64,000 bases of DNA from an uncultured Candidatus Saccharibacteria bacterium (GTDB taxonomy: Bacteria; Patescibacteriota; Minisyncoccia; Phycocordibacterales; UBA9973): assembly GCA_964426555.1 (NCBI GenBank), contig CAYRQJ010000002.1, positions 29,556 to 93,555 on the forward strand. The letters run 5' to 3'. The position numbers and the translations under genes are program-made. Below the pieces are notes generated by a model, which saw only the letters and a program-made list of their open reading frames with translations, made no database searches and was not told the DNA's origin. The stretch's first letter is position 1. The number at the start of each line of letters is the position of its first letter. Below are positions 9,213 to 19,999 of the stretch, piece after piece.

Positions 9213-9412
9213 AATTTTTTGATTTTAGTTTAAAGTTAACAAAATACTACTATTAGTAGATTTGAATGTCAATAACCTAAATTTGCTATATTTTAAAATA
9301 TCTGTTAGAATATTGTTTATAAATATGCGGTATTTACCGCGTATTATTTTTTGCCCCTATGGAGAAGCTTAGCTTCCAATAGAGCCAGCCTTATTAAGTA
9401 AAATTAGACAAA

Positions 9413-11215
9413 ATGGAAATCAGAAATATTGCTATTATTGCCCACGTTGACCATGGAAAAACTACATTAACTGACAAGTTGATGGCTTTTTGTGGTAGTG
9501 GAGACGCTACATCTACAATGGATACTAATGATCTTGAAAAAGAACGTGGTATTACAATTTACTCTAAAAATACTTCGGTTAACTGGAAAGGTACAAAAAT
9601 AAACATTGTTGATACTCCGGGTCACGCGGACTTTGGTAGTGAAGTTGAACGAGTACTTCGTTCTATTGATTCTGTATTACTACTTGTGGATGCTCAAGAA
9701 GGGCCAATGCCTCAAACAAGATTTGTATTAAAAAAATCTCTAGAACTTGGTTTAAAACCAATCGTCGTATTAAACAAAATCGACAAACCAGCAGCTAACC
9801 CATCTCGCGCTCATGATGAAATTTTAGAACTATTTATTGAACTTGGTGCAGACCATGATCAATTAGATTTTCCAATGATTTATGCTATTGGTCGTGAAGG
9901 TGTTGCAATGAAAGAACTAAATGACGAAAGAAAAGACCTATCACCACTGTTAGATATGATTTTGGAACATGTACCAAATGCTGTAAAAGACGAAGATAAA
10001 CCATTACAAGCTCAAGTATTTTCTCTTGCTTATGATAATTTCTTGGGTCGTCTTGGAATCGTCCGCGTTTACGCAGGTGATTTAAAAGATGCTAGTACTA
10101 TTATGATTCACACAGCAGATGGGACTATCCGTGAAGGTAAAATTACAAAACTATTTCAATTCGAAGGAGTTAGCCGTGTTTCTACAAATGAATTAACTGC
10201 TGGAAATATTGGAGTAGTAGCTGGAATACCAAATATTACTATCAGTGAGACTATTATTGATAATAAAGATACTCCAAAAGTTGGTGAAATCACAATTGAT
10301 GAACCAACTATATCACTACGATTTCTAGTTAACGATTCACCATTTGCAGGACGCGAAGGTAAATACGTTACAAGTAGACAAATTCGTGAAAGATTAGAAA
10401 GAGAATTAGAAGTAAACGTGGGACTACGTGTAGAATTCCCAGAAGATGGAACAGCTTTAGTTTACGGACGTGGAGAACTACACGTTGCTGTATTAATTGA
10501 ACAAATGCGCCGTGAAGGTTTTGAAGTTCAAGTTTCAAACCCACAAGTTATCGTTAAAAAAATTGATGGTATTAAATATGAACCGTTTGAAGAAGTAACT
10601 ATCGATGTGCCTACTGAATATTCTGGTGCAGTTTTAGAAAAACTTACTCGTCGTCGTGGTCTTATTACAAATATGAATGAACGTGAAGGAATAACAAGAA
10701 TTACTTTGGATATTCCAACTCGTGGACTGTTGGGTTATCGTAACCAATTTGTTATTGATACAAAAGGTCTTGGGATTTTAGCTTCAAGATTTACAGACTT
10801 TAAAGAATACGCTGGTGAAATAAACCAACACGATGTGGGTTCAATGACTTCAATGATGACTGGTAAAGCTGTTTCTTTTGCATTATGGAATCTTGAAGAA
10901 CGCGGAACATTGTATATTGGACACGGTACAGAAGTGTACGAAGGTATGATAATTGGTAGTACAATGAAAGGAGATGAATTAGCTGTAAACCCAATCAAAG
11001 GTAAACAACTTACAAATATGCGTGCTTCTGGAACAGATGAAGCCGTAACATTGAAACCTCCTTATACTCTATCAATTGAACGAGGTTTAGAAATGATGAA
11101 AGATGATGAATATTTAGAAATCACACCACTGTCAGTAAGACTACGTAAGAAATATTTAACTGAACAAGAAAGATCTAAGAACAAAAGACAAACAATTGAC
11201 GCAGACAACAAGTAG
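9413..11215 (+). CDS. typA: Translational GTPase TypA/BipA
   Basis: IAHVDHGKTT, DTPGHADFG, NKID, GRGELH, NMRASGTD. Confidence 0.97.
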   Translation: MEIRNIAIIAHVDHGKTTLTDKLMAFCGSGDATSTMDTNDLEKERGITIYSKNTSVNWKGTKINIVDTPGHADFGSEVERVLRSIDSVLLLVDAQEGPMPQTRFVLKKSLELGLKPIVVLNKIDKPAANPSRAHDEILELFIELGADHDQLDFPMIYAIGREGVAMKELNDERKDLSPLLDMILEHVPNAVKDEDKPLQAQVFSLAYDNFLGRLGIVRVYAGDLKDASTIMIHTADGTIREGKITKLFQFEGVSRVSTNELTAGNIGVVAGIPNITISETIIDNKDTPKVGEITIDEPTISLRFLVNDSPFAGREGKYVTSRQIRERLERELEVNVGLRVEFPEDGTALVYGRGELHVAVLIEQMRREGFEVQVSNPQVIVKKIDGIKYEPFEEVTIDVPTEYSGAVLEKLTRRRGLITNMNEREGITRITLDIPTRGLLGYRNQFVIDTKGLGILASRFTDFKEYAGEINQHDVGSMTSMMTGKAVSFALWNLEERGTLYIGHGTEVYEGMIIGSTMKGDELAVNPIKGKQLTNMRASGTDEAVTLKPPYTLSIERGLEMMKDDEYLEITPLSVRLRKKYLTEQERSKNKRQTIDADNK

Positions 11216-11305
11216 TTATTAACACACTTGTCAAGAGTCAATTTGACTTTTTGTAAAGTTTACCATATAATAGTTATATAATTTTATTATTTAGATTTAA
11301 TACAA

Positions 11306-12364
11306 ATGCCTACATTAAAAGAAAAACCTTCAAAAGGACAAAAATTGTCTTTTAAACCCAAACAGGTTACTAAAAAATTAATTGGACATCTACAAGACAG
11401 ATCAAGTGACGTTATCGTTAGTAGATTTGGTCTAGGAACTGATTTAGAACACAAAACTCTTGAAGCTATTGGTGAAAAATATGGTATAACTCGCGAACGT
11501 GTAAGACAAATCGAGCATGCAGCGCTTACCGCTATTCGTAAACATTCTTCATTTAAAGAAGAAAATCAAATTTTTGCTGAAATTAAAGTCTTAATGAAAG
11601 AGTTGGGATCAATGGTTGAAGAAGAAGAATTACTAACACATGTATCAAGTGATAAATCTACACAAAATCATATTCATTTCTATTTAGTTTTAGGTGATGA
11701 ATTTAAAAAAATAAAAGAAGATGAACATTTTAAAACAAGATGGCACATTGACGAAGAATTAGCTGGTCAAGTTCATGAAGCTTTGCATGATTTGTATAAA
11801 TCATTAAATGATGGCGAACTTGTGGCTGAAGGAGAATTCATTACATCTTTTATTGAAAGTTGCCGAAGTATTAATAAAGATATTTTATCTGAGGAAATTG
11901 CTAAAAGATATTTACGTACATCAAAAAAGATAGCAAAAAATCCATTAGGAGAATGGGGAAGAGCCGGAACTGCAGGAGTAAAAACTCGCGGGATTAAAGA
12001 TTATGCATATTTAATGATGCGTAAACATGGTTCACCAATGCATTTTCGTGAAGTAGCTAAAGCTATCAGCGAAACATTTGGTAAAAAAACTCACATTGCA
12101 ACATGTCACAATGAATTAATTAAAGACAATCGTTTTATTTTAGTTGGCCGTGGTATATATGCACTGAAAGAATGGGGTTATAAACCAGGAATTGTTCGCG
12201 AAGTAATTAAAGATATCATAAAAAAATATGGTCCAATGACAAAAGAAGATATAGTTGACCATGTAATGAAAGAAAGATATTTAAAGAAAAACACAATACT
12301 TGTTAATCTGCAAAATGCAAAATATTTTAAAAAAGATAAAAGTAATTTATTCACACTTGCATAA
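11306..12364 (+). CDS. Sigma-70 region-4-like HTH protein with C-terminal winged-helix domains
   Basis: RFGL..TLEAIGEKYGITRERVRQIE at the N-terminus; PMHFREVA..HNELIKDNRFILVGRGIYAL C-terminal; no sigma region 2. Confidence 0.75.
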   Translation: MPTLKEKPSKGQKLSFKPKQVTKKLIGHLQDRSSDVIVSRFGLGTDLEHKTLEAIGEKYGITRERVRQIEHAALTAIRKHSSFKEENQIFAEIKVLMKELGSMVEEEELLTHVSSDKSTQNHIHFYLVLGDEFKKIKEDEHFKTRWHIDEELAGQVHEALHDLYKSLNDGELVAEGEFITSFIESCRSINKDILSEEIAKRYLRTSKKIAKNPLGEWGRAGTAGVKTRGIKDYAYLMMRKHGSPMHFREVAKAISETFGKKTHIATCHNELIKDNRFILVGRGIYALKEWGYKPGIVREVIKDIIKKYGPMTKEDIVDHVMKERYLKKNTILVNLQNAKYFKKDKSNLFTLA

Positions 12365-12367
12365 CAT

Positions 12368-12396
12368 AAAACCCTCTTTAGTTTAAAGAGGGTTTT
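12368..12396 (+). terminator. Intrinsic terminator
   Basis: AAAACCCTCTTTA-GTT-TAAAGAGGGTTTT. Confidence 0.75.
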
Positions 12397-12413
12397 ATGT
12401 TATAATAATATAT

Positions 12414-12962
12414 ATGTCATCAGGTCATGGAGAAAGTAAAAGTTCAGGAATATTATTGTTAATAATAGGGATTCTTTTAATAGGAGCTTTAATTGGAATA
12501 TTTTTTCCAAGTGGTTTTAAAAAGAAAACAGCTTATACTCCAGCTATTGATAAAATGGGGTTAGTTTTAGGGCAAGAAACACTACCTACCGACCAAAGAG
12601 AGACCGATGCTTATTATACAAAAGCAAATATAGATAAAAATATTTGTGGTATAAAGATTTTTTCACCATTACCTGGACAAAAAGTCAGTTTTCCAATTGA
12701 AGTTTCTGGTTATGTAAATGGCTGTAATTGGGTACCTTTTGAGGGGCAAGTTGGAACTTTGGAAATTAGAGATAAAAATAAAGCACTATCAAGATTAATA
12801 ATTCTTCCTGTTGATGGAGATAATTATACTTTACCAGCATATTTTAAAATTAAAGTAACTCCAGAATTTAATATTGAATCAAACGATGGTGTATTTATTT
12901 TCCACAACGAAGACCCAACTGGTGAAAAACCAGAGACCTTCCAAGTGCCTGTAATTTATTAA
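12414..12962 (+). CDS. Membrane-anchored protein with probable Gmad2-type Ig-like domain
   Basis: N-terminal TM; SPLPGQKVSFPIEVSG...WVPFEGQ...NEDPTG pattern. Confidence 0.55.
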   Translation: MSSGHGESKSSGILLLIIGILLIGALIGIFFPSGFKKKTAYTPAIDKMGLVLGQETLPTDQRETDAYYTKANIDKNICGIKIFSPLPGQKVSFPIEVSGYVNGCNWVPFEGQVGTLEIRDKNKALSRLIILPVDGDNYTLPAYFKIKVTPEFNIESNDGVFIFHNEDPTGEKPETFQVPVIY

Positions 12963-12963
12963 T

Positions 12964-14223
12964 ATGATAGAAGTACAATTAGTAAATATTTTATACGGAA
13001 TACTAAAAGTACTTTTAGTATTATTACCTATTCCTTTGGCTTATGTTGCTTATCATATGTGGCATCACTATGTTAGCGAAGCTTTTGTTGCTGGAATTCA
13101 GTGGCAACTTTTAGAAGTTATAATTCCTCAGCAAATCAATAAAACACCATTAGCAATGGAGACCATATTAGCTAATGCAATGTATCACAAATCCCAAAAA
13201 GGTCTTTGGGAAGAATATTGGCAAGGTGCTGTACCTTTTTTCTTTTCATTAGAATTAGTATCAATAGAAGGTAAGATCCATTTTTATATAAATACTCCAT
13301 CACGAGTAGTCCCTCTGATCAAATCACAAATTTATGCACAATATCCGCAATCTAAAGTTTTAGAAGTGGAAGATTATGTATGGTCAGTTCCAAGAATTGG
13401 TAAAAAAACTGGCTGGAGTATGTGGGGTTGTGAATGGGCACTAGAAAAACCTGACCCATTTCCAATTCGTACATATGTAGAATATGGTTTAGATAAAGTA
13501 GTAAAAGACCCGTCAGAGCAAGTTGACCCACTTGTTTCTCTTATTGAATTTATGTCAACAATTGGTCCAGGTGAGCAAATTTGGACTCAATTGATAATTC
13601 GCTGGAATAAAAAAATATATTCTGATGGAAGAGATTTTCCTGGTGAGTGTGATTTTGAATTAAATAAATTAGTTGACCCTTATACAAAAAAAACATTTGA
13701 TGATATTACTGGTGAATTAAAATCTATGGAAGTAAGACCGCCGGATTATTTAAAAGACGAAGTTATGAGTATTTCAGACAAACAACATAAACTTTTGTTT
13801 GAATGTGGCATGCGTACTATCTATTTAGCAAAGACAGATATTTTTGATCAACAAAAACGTAGAGCACTTCGTATGATGTATCGTCAATATAACAGTGCAA
13901 ATTTTAATTCTATAAAGAGAATAAATGCAACACAGTATGATTCACCTTGGGAAGATCCTTTTGATATTGTTTTAACAGTTAGAAAAAATAGAATGCTTGA
14001 CTGGTATCGTTTCCGTACTTTTTTTCATCCACCATGGCAATACTCTTTTAAATATCCATTCCCATTAAATTTATTTATTGTTACAGATCCACCAACATCA
14101 TTTGTTTTAAACACAGAAGAAATAGCAACTCTTTATCATTTCCCAGCTGCATTTACTTCCACTCCGTCACTAAAACGTGTTGAAACAAAGACTAGTAAAG
14201 CTCCTACTGATTTACCTATATAA
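12964..14223 (+). CDS. Conserved CPR-type membrane-anchored protein resembling partners of TraD/VirD4-like ATPases
   Basis: N-terminal TM, FSLELVS..G.IHFY, SQIYAQYP, FPIRTY, LNTEEIATLYHFP. Confidence 0.6.
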   Translation: MIEVQLVNILYGILKVLLVLLPIPLAYVAYHMWHHYVSEAFVAGIQWQLLEVIIPQQINKTPLAMETILANAMYHKSQKGLWEEYWQGAVPFFFSLELVSIEGKIHFYINTPSRVVPLIKSQIYAQYPQSKVLEVEDYVWSVPRIGKKTGWSMWGCEWALEKPDPFPIRTYVEYGLDKVVKDPSEQVDPLVSLIEFMSTIGPGEQIWTQLIIRWNKKIYSDGRDFPGECDFELNKLVDPYTKKTFDDITGELKSMEVRPPDYLKDEVMSISDKQHKLLFECGMRTIYLAKTDIFDQQKRRALRMMYRQYNSANFNSIKRINATQYDSPWEDPFDIVLTVRKNRMLDWYRFRTFFHPPWQYSFKYPFPLNLFIVTDPPTSFVLNTEEIATLYHFPAAFTSTPSLKRVETKTSKAPTDLPI

Positions 14224-14225
14224 TT

Positions 14226-15164
14226 ATGCGATTTTCTTACTTTATATTTATTGTTTTTTGTGTATTTGGTATTTATTTAATTTACTCATTCTTTACTCCA
14301 GTAAATTTAGGAGAAAATAATTTAGTAATTGAACTACCATATGGTACTTCAATTACTAAATCTTCTCAAATACTTGAAGATTCAGGAGTTATTCGGTCAA
14401 ATGAAGCTTATTTAATTCTTTCTAAGATAATTCATCCAACAGGTGTAGTTGCTGGGAGATATTCTTTTTCTGGAAAAGTTAGCATCTTTTCAGTTTTGTA
14501 TAATACATCCCACGGGCTATTTGGGCGAGAACAAACAAAATTAACAATTCCAGAAGGTTTTACTGTAAACCAAATAATAAAAAGGATTGAAAATTTGTTC
14601 CCTAATATTGACAAGCAAATTCTTGCTCAAAATTTAAACTCAAAAGAAGGTTATATTTTCCCAGAAACATATTTTTTTGATAAAGATGTTACTGCTGAAT
14701 ATTTAACTAACTATTTAATTACCGAAAGTGATAAAAAATTACAAAAAATACTTGGAACAAAAGATACGACCACGACTGCGGTTAAAAATAAAATAATTAT
14801 AGCTTCTCTTTTAGAATCCGAAGGGCGTACAAAAGAAGAACGCCACATGATAGCTGGAATAATTAATAACAGAATTGTAAAAGACATGCCGCTGCAATTA
14901 GATGCTACGATTACTTATCTTACAGGGAGAGATTCTAGTGAAATAACACTAAAAGATTTAAAAATAAATTCCCCATATAATACTTATTTATACAAAGGTC
15001 TCCCAGAAGGCCCAATATCTAACCCGGGAGAAGAATCTTTATTTGCAGCAATGAATCCAACGACTAATAGCTTTTTGTATTATTTGCATGCTCCAGATGG
15101 GGAAATATATTACGCAAAAACATACACAGAGCATTTAAAGAATAAAAATAAATATTTAAAATAA
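14226..15164 (+). CDS. mltG: Endolytic transglycosylase MltG
   Basis: TIPEG, EGYIFPETY, ASLLESE, LQLDAT, SPYNTY..GLPEGPISNPG. Confidence 0.93.
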   Translation: MRFSYFIFIVFCVFGIYLIYSFFTPVNLGENNLVIELPYGTSITKSSQILEDSGVIRSNEAYLILSKIIHPTGVVAGRYSFSGKVSIFSVLYNTSHGLFGREQTKLTIPEGFTVNQIIKRIENLFPNIDKQILAQNLNSKEGYIFPETYFFDKDVTAEYLTNYLITESDKKLQKILGTKDTTTTAVKNKIIIASLLESEGRTKEERHMIAGIINNRIVKDMPLQLDATITYLTGRDSSEITLKDLKINSPYNTYLYKGLPEGPISNPGEESLFAAMNPTTNSFLYYLHAPDGEIYYAKTYTEHLKNKNKYLK

Positions 15165-15165
15165 T

Positions 15166-16023
15166 ATGTACATAACTCCAAAAGACAAAAATTATGAACT
15201 TATAGATTCCGGTGATGGAATGAAACTGGAGAGATTTGGTGATATTACGCTACTTCGTCCTGAGCCAGAAGCATTGTGGACTCCATTGCAAAAAAATCTT
15301 TGGGATAATGCTGACTATACTTATAACAGAATAGGTGCTTCAAAATGGCAAAAAGCTAAGAATATTCCTGAATCTTGGGAAATAAATTATGGTGGAATTA
15401 ATCTAGGTATTAAACCAACTGCGTTTAAGCATACTGGTTTATTTCCCGAACAACTTTCAAACTGGGAATATTTTAAAAAGACTACGAATGGTAAGAAAAA
15501 TTTAAAGGTATTAAATTTGTTTGGCTATACTGGCGCATTTAGTGTGTATGCATTAAGTTTGGGTCATAATGTTACCCATGTAGATTCATCTCAAGGTGTA
15601 AATAATTGGCTACTAGATAATGTACGATCCAATAATTTAGATAAAAATAAAATAAAAATTATTACAGATGATGTTGTAACTTTTGTAAAAAGATTAATAA
15701 AGCGTGGAGAAAAATTTGATGTAGTTGTAATGGATCCTCCGGCATTTGGCCATGGTACAAAAGCAAGCGAATTATGGAAGATCGAAGAAGATTTGCCAAG
15801 TTTAATAAACATGATAGGTATGATACTGGAAGACAAACCAACTTGTGTAATACTTTCTGGCTATGCAGCAGGGTACAGTGCTGAGACTTATAAAAATTTA
15901 TTACAACCAATTCAAAATTTTTATGGTGGCAAAATAGAATCTGACGTAATGACTATAGAAGAAAGTGGCTCAAAAAGAATGCTAACAGTCGGCATCGCTG
16001 CCCGGTGGAATGCATCCGCCTAA
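15166..16023 (+). CDS. Class I SAM-dependent methyltransferase (RlmI/RlmK-like)
   Basis: YELIDSGDG.KLERFG, HTGLFPEQ, LNLFGYTG, DPPAFG. Confidence 0.85.
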   Translation: MYITPKDKNYELIDSGDGMKLERFGDITLLRPEPEALWTPLQKNLWDNADYTYNRIGASKWQKAKNIPESWEINYGGINLGIKPTAFKHTGLFPEQLSNWEYFKKTTNGKKNLKVLNLFGYTGAFSVYALSLGHNVTHVDSSQGVNNWLLDNVRSNNLDKNKIKIITDDVVTFVKRLIKRGEKFDVVVMDPPAFGHGTKASELWKIEEDLPSLINMIGMILEDKPTCVILSGYAAGYSAETYKNLLQPIQNFYGGKIESDVMTIEESGSKRMLTVGIAARWNASA

Positions 16024-16060
16024 ACTTTCCATAATTTCTAATTTAGTGTATTAATAATAT

Positions 16061-17134
16061 ATGTTTAGAAAGTTTTGGCGGATAAATAAAAACAAAAATG
16101 CAAAAGTATATGTTGGTCTATCTGGCGGGGTAGACTCAGCTGTTTCGGCTGCATTATTGAAGAAGCAAGGTTACAATGTTACAGCTTGTTTTATAAAAAC
16201 TTGGGCACCAGATGGATACCCGTGTCCATATGAAGAAGACAAATTTGCATCAATGACTGTAGCTGCGCATTTAGGTATTCCATGGATAGAATTTGACGCT
16301 ACTGATTCTTATAAAAAAAATGTAGCTGACTATATAATAAATGGTTACAAATCTGGGATTACTCCAAATCCTGATGTATTTTGTAATAAAACAGTTAAAT
16401 TTGGTGTATTTTTTGACTGGGCAATAGCAAATGGGGCAGATTATGTAGCAACAGGGCATTATGCACAAATCGATAGGATAAATTATGAGATAAAATTTAT
16501 AGAAGGTGTAGACCCATCTAAAGATCAAACATATTTTTTATGGAGCGTAAGTTACGAAAAACTTAAAAAAACAATGTTTCCAATTGGTAGTTACCCTAAA
16601 ACCAAAGTACGTGAGTTGGCTAAAAAATTTAAATTACCAAACATGAATAGACCAGATTCTCAAGGGGTATGTTTTTTAGGTGAAATAGACATGAAAAAGT
16701 TTTTAAAAGAAAATTTAAACTTACAAACTGGAAATGTAATAAATACCAGTGGTGAAATAATTGGAACTCATGATGGCGTAGAAATTTATACTATTGGAGA
16801 AAGACACGGTTTTGTTGTGTTTAAAAATAATGACAAACCATATTATGTGATTAATAAAAATATTGAAAATAATGAATTAATTGTCGACACAACTCCTGCT
16901 TTAAAAAATTCTAATGATTTTATAATTACAGAAGAGAATTGGCTACCATTGAAACCAAAAGAAAATCAAATAATAGATGTGGTATTTAGATATCATGGGC
17001 AAAAATATAAATGTAAAATTTCTGAAAATAATATCCAAATAATTGGAGAAAAACCTATTGTAGCAATAGGTCAATCTGCTGTATTTTATATGGGTAATAT
17101 TTGCTTGGGTGGTGGAATTATAAATTTTAAATAA
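16061..17134 (+). CDS. mnmA: tRNA 2-thiouridylase MnmA
   Basis: SGGVDS, TPNPDVFCN, ATGHYA, KDQTYFL, DSQGVCF. Confidence 0.96.
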   Translation: MFRKFWRINKNKNAKVYVGLSGGVDSAVSAALLKKQGYNVTACFIKTWAPDGYPCPYEEDKFASMTVAAHLGIPWIEFDATDSYKKNVADYIINGYKSGITPNPDVFCNKTVKFGVFFDWAIANGADYVATGHYAQIDRINYEIKFIEGVDPSKDQTYFLWSVSYEKLKKTMFPIGSYPKTKVRELAKKFKLPNMNRPDSQGVCFLGEIDMKKFLKENLNLQTGNVINTSGEIIGTHDGVEIYTIGERHGFVVFKNNDKPYYVINKNIENNELIVDTTPALKNSNDFIITEENWLPLKPKENQIIDVVFRYHGQKYKCKISENNIQIIGEKPIVAIGQSAVFYMGNICLGGGIINFK

Positions 17135-17159
17135 ACAACATTTGTGTTATAATACACAA

Positions 17160-18911
17160 ATGTTAACTTCCCAAGAAATACAAAATCGATTCCTAAATTT
17201 TTTCAAAGAACGTGGCCATGCTGTTATTCCTTCAGCATCTTTAGTTCCAGAAAATGATCCATCCGTACTATTTAATACTGCCGGAATGCAACCATTAGTA
17301 CCTTATTTATTAGGGGAACCTCATCCGATGGGTAAAAGATTAGTCAATGCTCAAAAATGTGTCCGAACACAAGACATAGATGAAGTTGGGGATAATACTC
17401 ATGACACATTTTTTACAATGTTGGGTAACTGGTCATTAGGGGACTATTTTAAAGAAGATGCTATTAAATGGAGTTACGAATTTCTTACAAACAAAGAAAT
17501 TGGACTTGGTTTAGACATTGAAAGACTATATGTAACTATTTTTGAAGGTAACGATGATGCTCCAAAAGATACAGAATCTAAAGATATTTGGATATCGCTT
17601 GGAATTAAACCAGAACGGATTTACGAACTTGGCGCAAAAGATAACTGGTGGAGCCCAGGAGATAATGGTCCTTGTGGCCCAGACTCTGAAATGTTCTACG
17701 ACTTAACAGAAGATGGATTAGGTGATTTATCTAAAGAAGATTTCATAGCGGCATGTGACCGCCAAGACATTATGGAAATATGGAACGATGTTTTTATGGA
17801 ATATGAAAAGAAGGATGGAAAAGTTGTTGGTAAACTTGCTATGCAAAATGTAGACACAGGAGCAGGTCTGGAAAGAGTAGCTGTAGTTGTACAAAACAAA
17901 AAATCTATATTTGAAACTGATTTGTTTAGTGAAATCATGACTGAAATAAACAAACATAAAAATATTGAAAATACAAAAAGTGAACGTATTATTGCTGACC
18001 ATGTTCGTACAGCAGTATTTATGATTGCTGACGGGGTTATTCCTACTAATAGTGACCGTGGATATATTTTACGAAGACTTGTTCGTAGAGCAATAAGACA
18101 CATTGATAAAATTGAATCAAAACAAGATGCCATATTAAACATTACAAAAGTTGTAATTCAAAACTATGATTATATTTTAAAAGATTCACCCGTAAAAAAT
18201 AATGAGATAATTGATATTCTTAAAAAAGAAGAAGACAAATTTAGAATTACATTATCAAATGGTATGAAGGAATTTATACGCGGAGAAGATCCATTTGTTT
18301 TGTTTACAACATATGGTTTTCCTATTGAGCTAACTATTGAATTAGCTGAAGAATCTGGTAGAACAATAGACATTGATGCATTCAACACAAAAATGTTGCA
18401 TCATCAGGAATTGTCTCGTAGTGGTTCAGAACAAAAATTCAAAGGTGGTCTTGCTAATACTAACGAGCAAACAGTGCGTTTACATACTGCGCATCATTTA
18501 CTGTTAGCTGCATTACAAGAAATTGTTAGTCCTGAAATTAAACAGCGTGGTTCAAACATTACAGAAGAAAGAATGCGTATGGATTTTAACTTTGATCGTA
18601 AATTAACTCCAGAAGAATTACAAAAAGTTGAAAATCGTGTAAACGAAGAAATTCAAATGGGCTTAAATGTTAATCGCAAAGAAATGAAAAAAGAAGAGGC
18701 TATTTCCATTGGGGCTCAAATGGAATTTGGGGCAAAGTATCCAGATATTGTTTCAGTTTATGTTGTAGAAGATAATAATGGTGTTGCTTATAGTAAAGAA
18801 TTTTGTGGAGGGCCACATGTAGAAAATACAAAAGATTTGGGAATATTTAAAATTAAAAAAGAAGAAAGCGTTGCCAGTGGTATCAGGCGGATAAAAGCTG
18901 TGTTAGAATAA
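17160..18911 (+). CDS. alaS: Alanine--tRNA ligase (short form without C-Ala domain)
   Basis: FNTAGMQ, GPCGPDSE, DTGAGLER, editing motifs HTAHH and EFCGGPH; start at ATG 6 nt after TGTTATAAT. Confidence 0.96.
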   Translation: MLTSQEIQNRFLNFFKERGHAVIPSASLVPENDPSVLFNTAGMQPLVPYLLGEPHPMGKRLVNAQKCVRTQDIDEVGDNTHDTFFTMLGNWSLGDYFKEDAIKWSYEFLTNKEIGLGLDIERLYVTIFEGNDDAPKDTESKDIWISLGIKPERIYELGAKDNWWSPGDNGPCGPDSEMFYDLTEDGLGDLSKEDFIAACDRQDIMEIWNDVFMEYEKKDGKVVGKLAMQNVDTGAGLERVAVVVQNKKSIFETDLFSEIMTEINKHKNIENTKSERIIADHVRTAVFMIADGVIPTNSDRGYILRRLVRRAIRHIDKIESKQDAILNITKVVIQNYDYILKDSPVKNNEIIDILKKEEDKFRITLSNGMKEFIRGEDPFVLFTTYGFPIELTIELAEESGRTIDIDAFNTKMLHHQELSRSGSEQKFKGGLANTNEQTVRLHTAHHLLLAALQEIVSPEIKQRGSNITEERMRMDFNFDRKLTPEELQKVENRVNEEIQMGLNVNRKEMKKEEAISIGAQMEFGAKYPDIVSVYVVEDNNGVAYSKEFCGGPHVENTKDLGIFKIKKEESVASGIRRIKAVLE

Positions 18912-18915
18912 GAGT

Positions 18916-19998
18916 ATGTTTTTTAAAAGAAATAAAAATCCTGATGAGCAAAATAACTTATACATCTCTATAGATGGACGCAGTATTGGTATTTCTTTTT
19001 ATACAGGTTTTATTTGTGATTATTCAGATAGAAGAATTCATATCGCAGGGGAATCAGTTAGACCAATCGAAGCTTTGTTTACTGATATTTTATATGGATT
19101 TAAACATGAAAATAAAAAACCAATAGATAATATTTATGTCATTTTAGAAAATCCTTGGGTAAAAGAAGTTTATACTACAATTAAAGATAAACGACTAAAA
19201 CCATTCGTAGTTACAGAGTCAACAATTAGTGATTTAATAAACAAAGATATAAAAAATAACCAGAATGACAATAAAAATGTCGGTCTTTCTTATGCAGTTG
19301 AACATATTAAGCTTAATGGTTATTCTTACGATGAACCTGTTGGAAAAATATCAGAAGAAATTGAAATCTCTTTAACTAAATTTTATGGGGATAAAGAGAT
19401 TATAGATACTACACAAAAAATTGTTAATGATTTTTGGAATAAAACAAAGATTAGTTATGTAACTGGTCCAGAGTATTTATTTAAGATTGGAAAAAATCTT
19501 TGTGCATTAAACGATATGTTTATAATGCTTGGTTCAACTGACACAACTATTCGGCTATATTCACAATGTATTGTTACTGAAAAAATTATAATCCCATATG
19601 GATACCAAAATTTACTACAAAAATTAAATCAAAAATGGAGTACAGCTTCAACTGATACTGCAAATTGGTTAAATTTATTTTTAAAAAATTCTTTAGATGA
19701 AAAAGAGAAAAATAGAATAGAGTCTGATTTAAAAGAAGCAATTCTTGATTATATTGATTTATTTAACAAAGCTAACTATCAAAAAACATCGTTTATTCTA
19801 GAAAGACCAATTACTGTTTTTGGGGCAGATGATAATTGGAATAAGCTTTTAATTTATATGTTAAAAAATAAATATTTTGGTGAAATTTTCCCACATATTG
19901 AAAATTCAAATATAGTCAATATAACTGATAAAATTAGAGATTTAAAAGGCGATCTTTTAATTGGTGTTTATTTTAGAATGAATACTTTACTTAAATAA
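18916..19998 (+). CDS. Hypothetical protein, weakly FtsA/PilM (actin-fold)-like
   Basis: ISIDGRSIG start, IKLNGY.YDEP.G, MLGSTDT..IPYG; resemblance only. Confidence 0.45.
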   Translation: MFFKRNKNPDEQNNLYISIDGRSIGISFYTGFICDYSDRRIHIAGESVRPIEALFTDILYGFKHENKKPIDNIYVILENPWVKEVYTTIKDKRLKPFVVTESTISDLINKDIKNNQNDNKNVGLSYAVEHIKLNGYSYDEPVGKISEEIEISLTKFYGDKEIIDTTQKIVNDFWNKTKISYVTGPEYLFKIGKNLCALNDMFIMLGSTDTTIRLYSQCIVTEKIIIPYGYQNLLQKLNQKWSTASTDTANWLNLFLKNSLDEKEKNRIESDLKEAILDYIDLFNKANYQKTSFILERPITVFGADDNWNKLLIYMLKNKYFGEIFPHIENSNIVNITDKIRDLKGDLLIGVYFRMNTLLK

Positions 19999-19999
19999 T

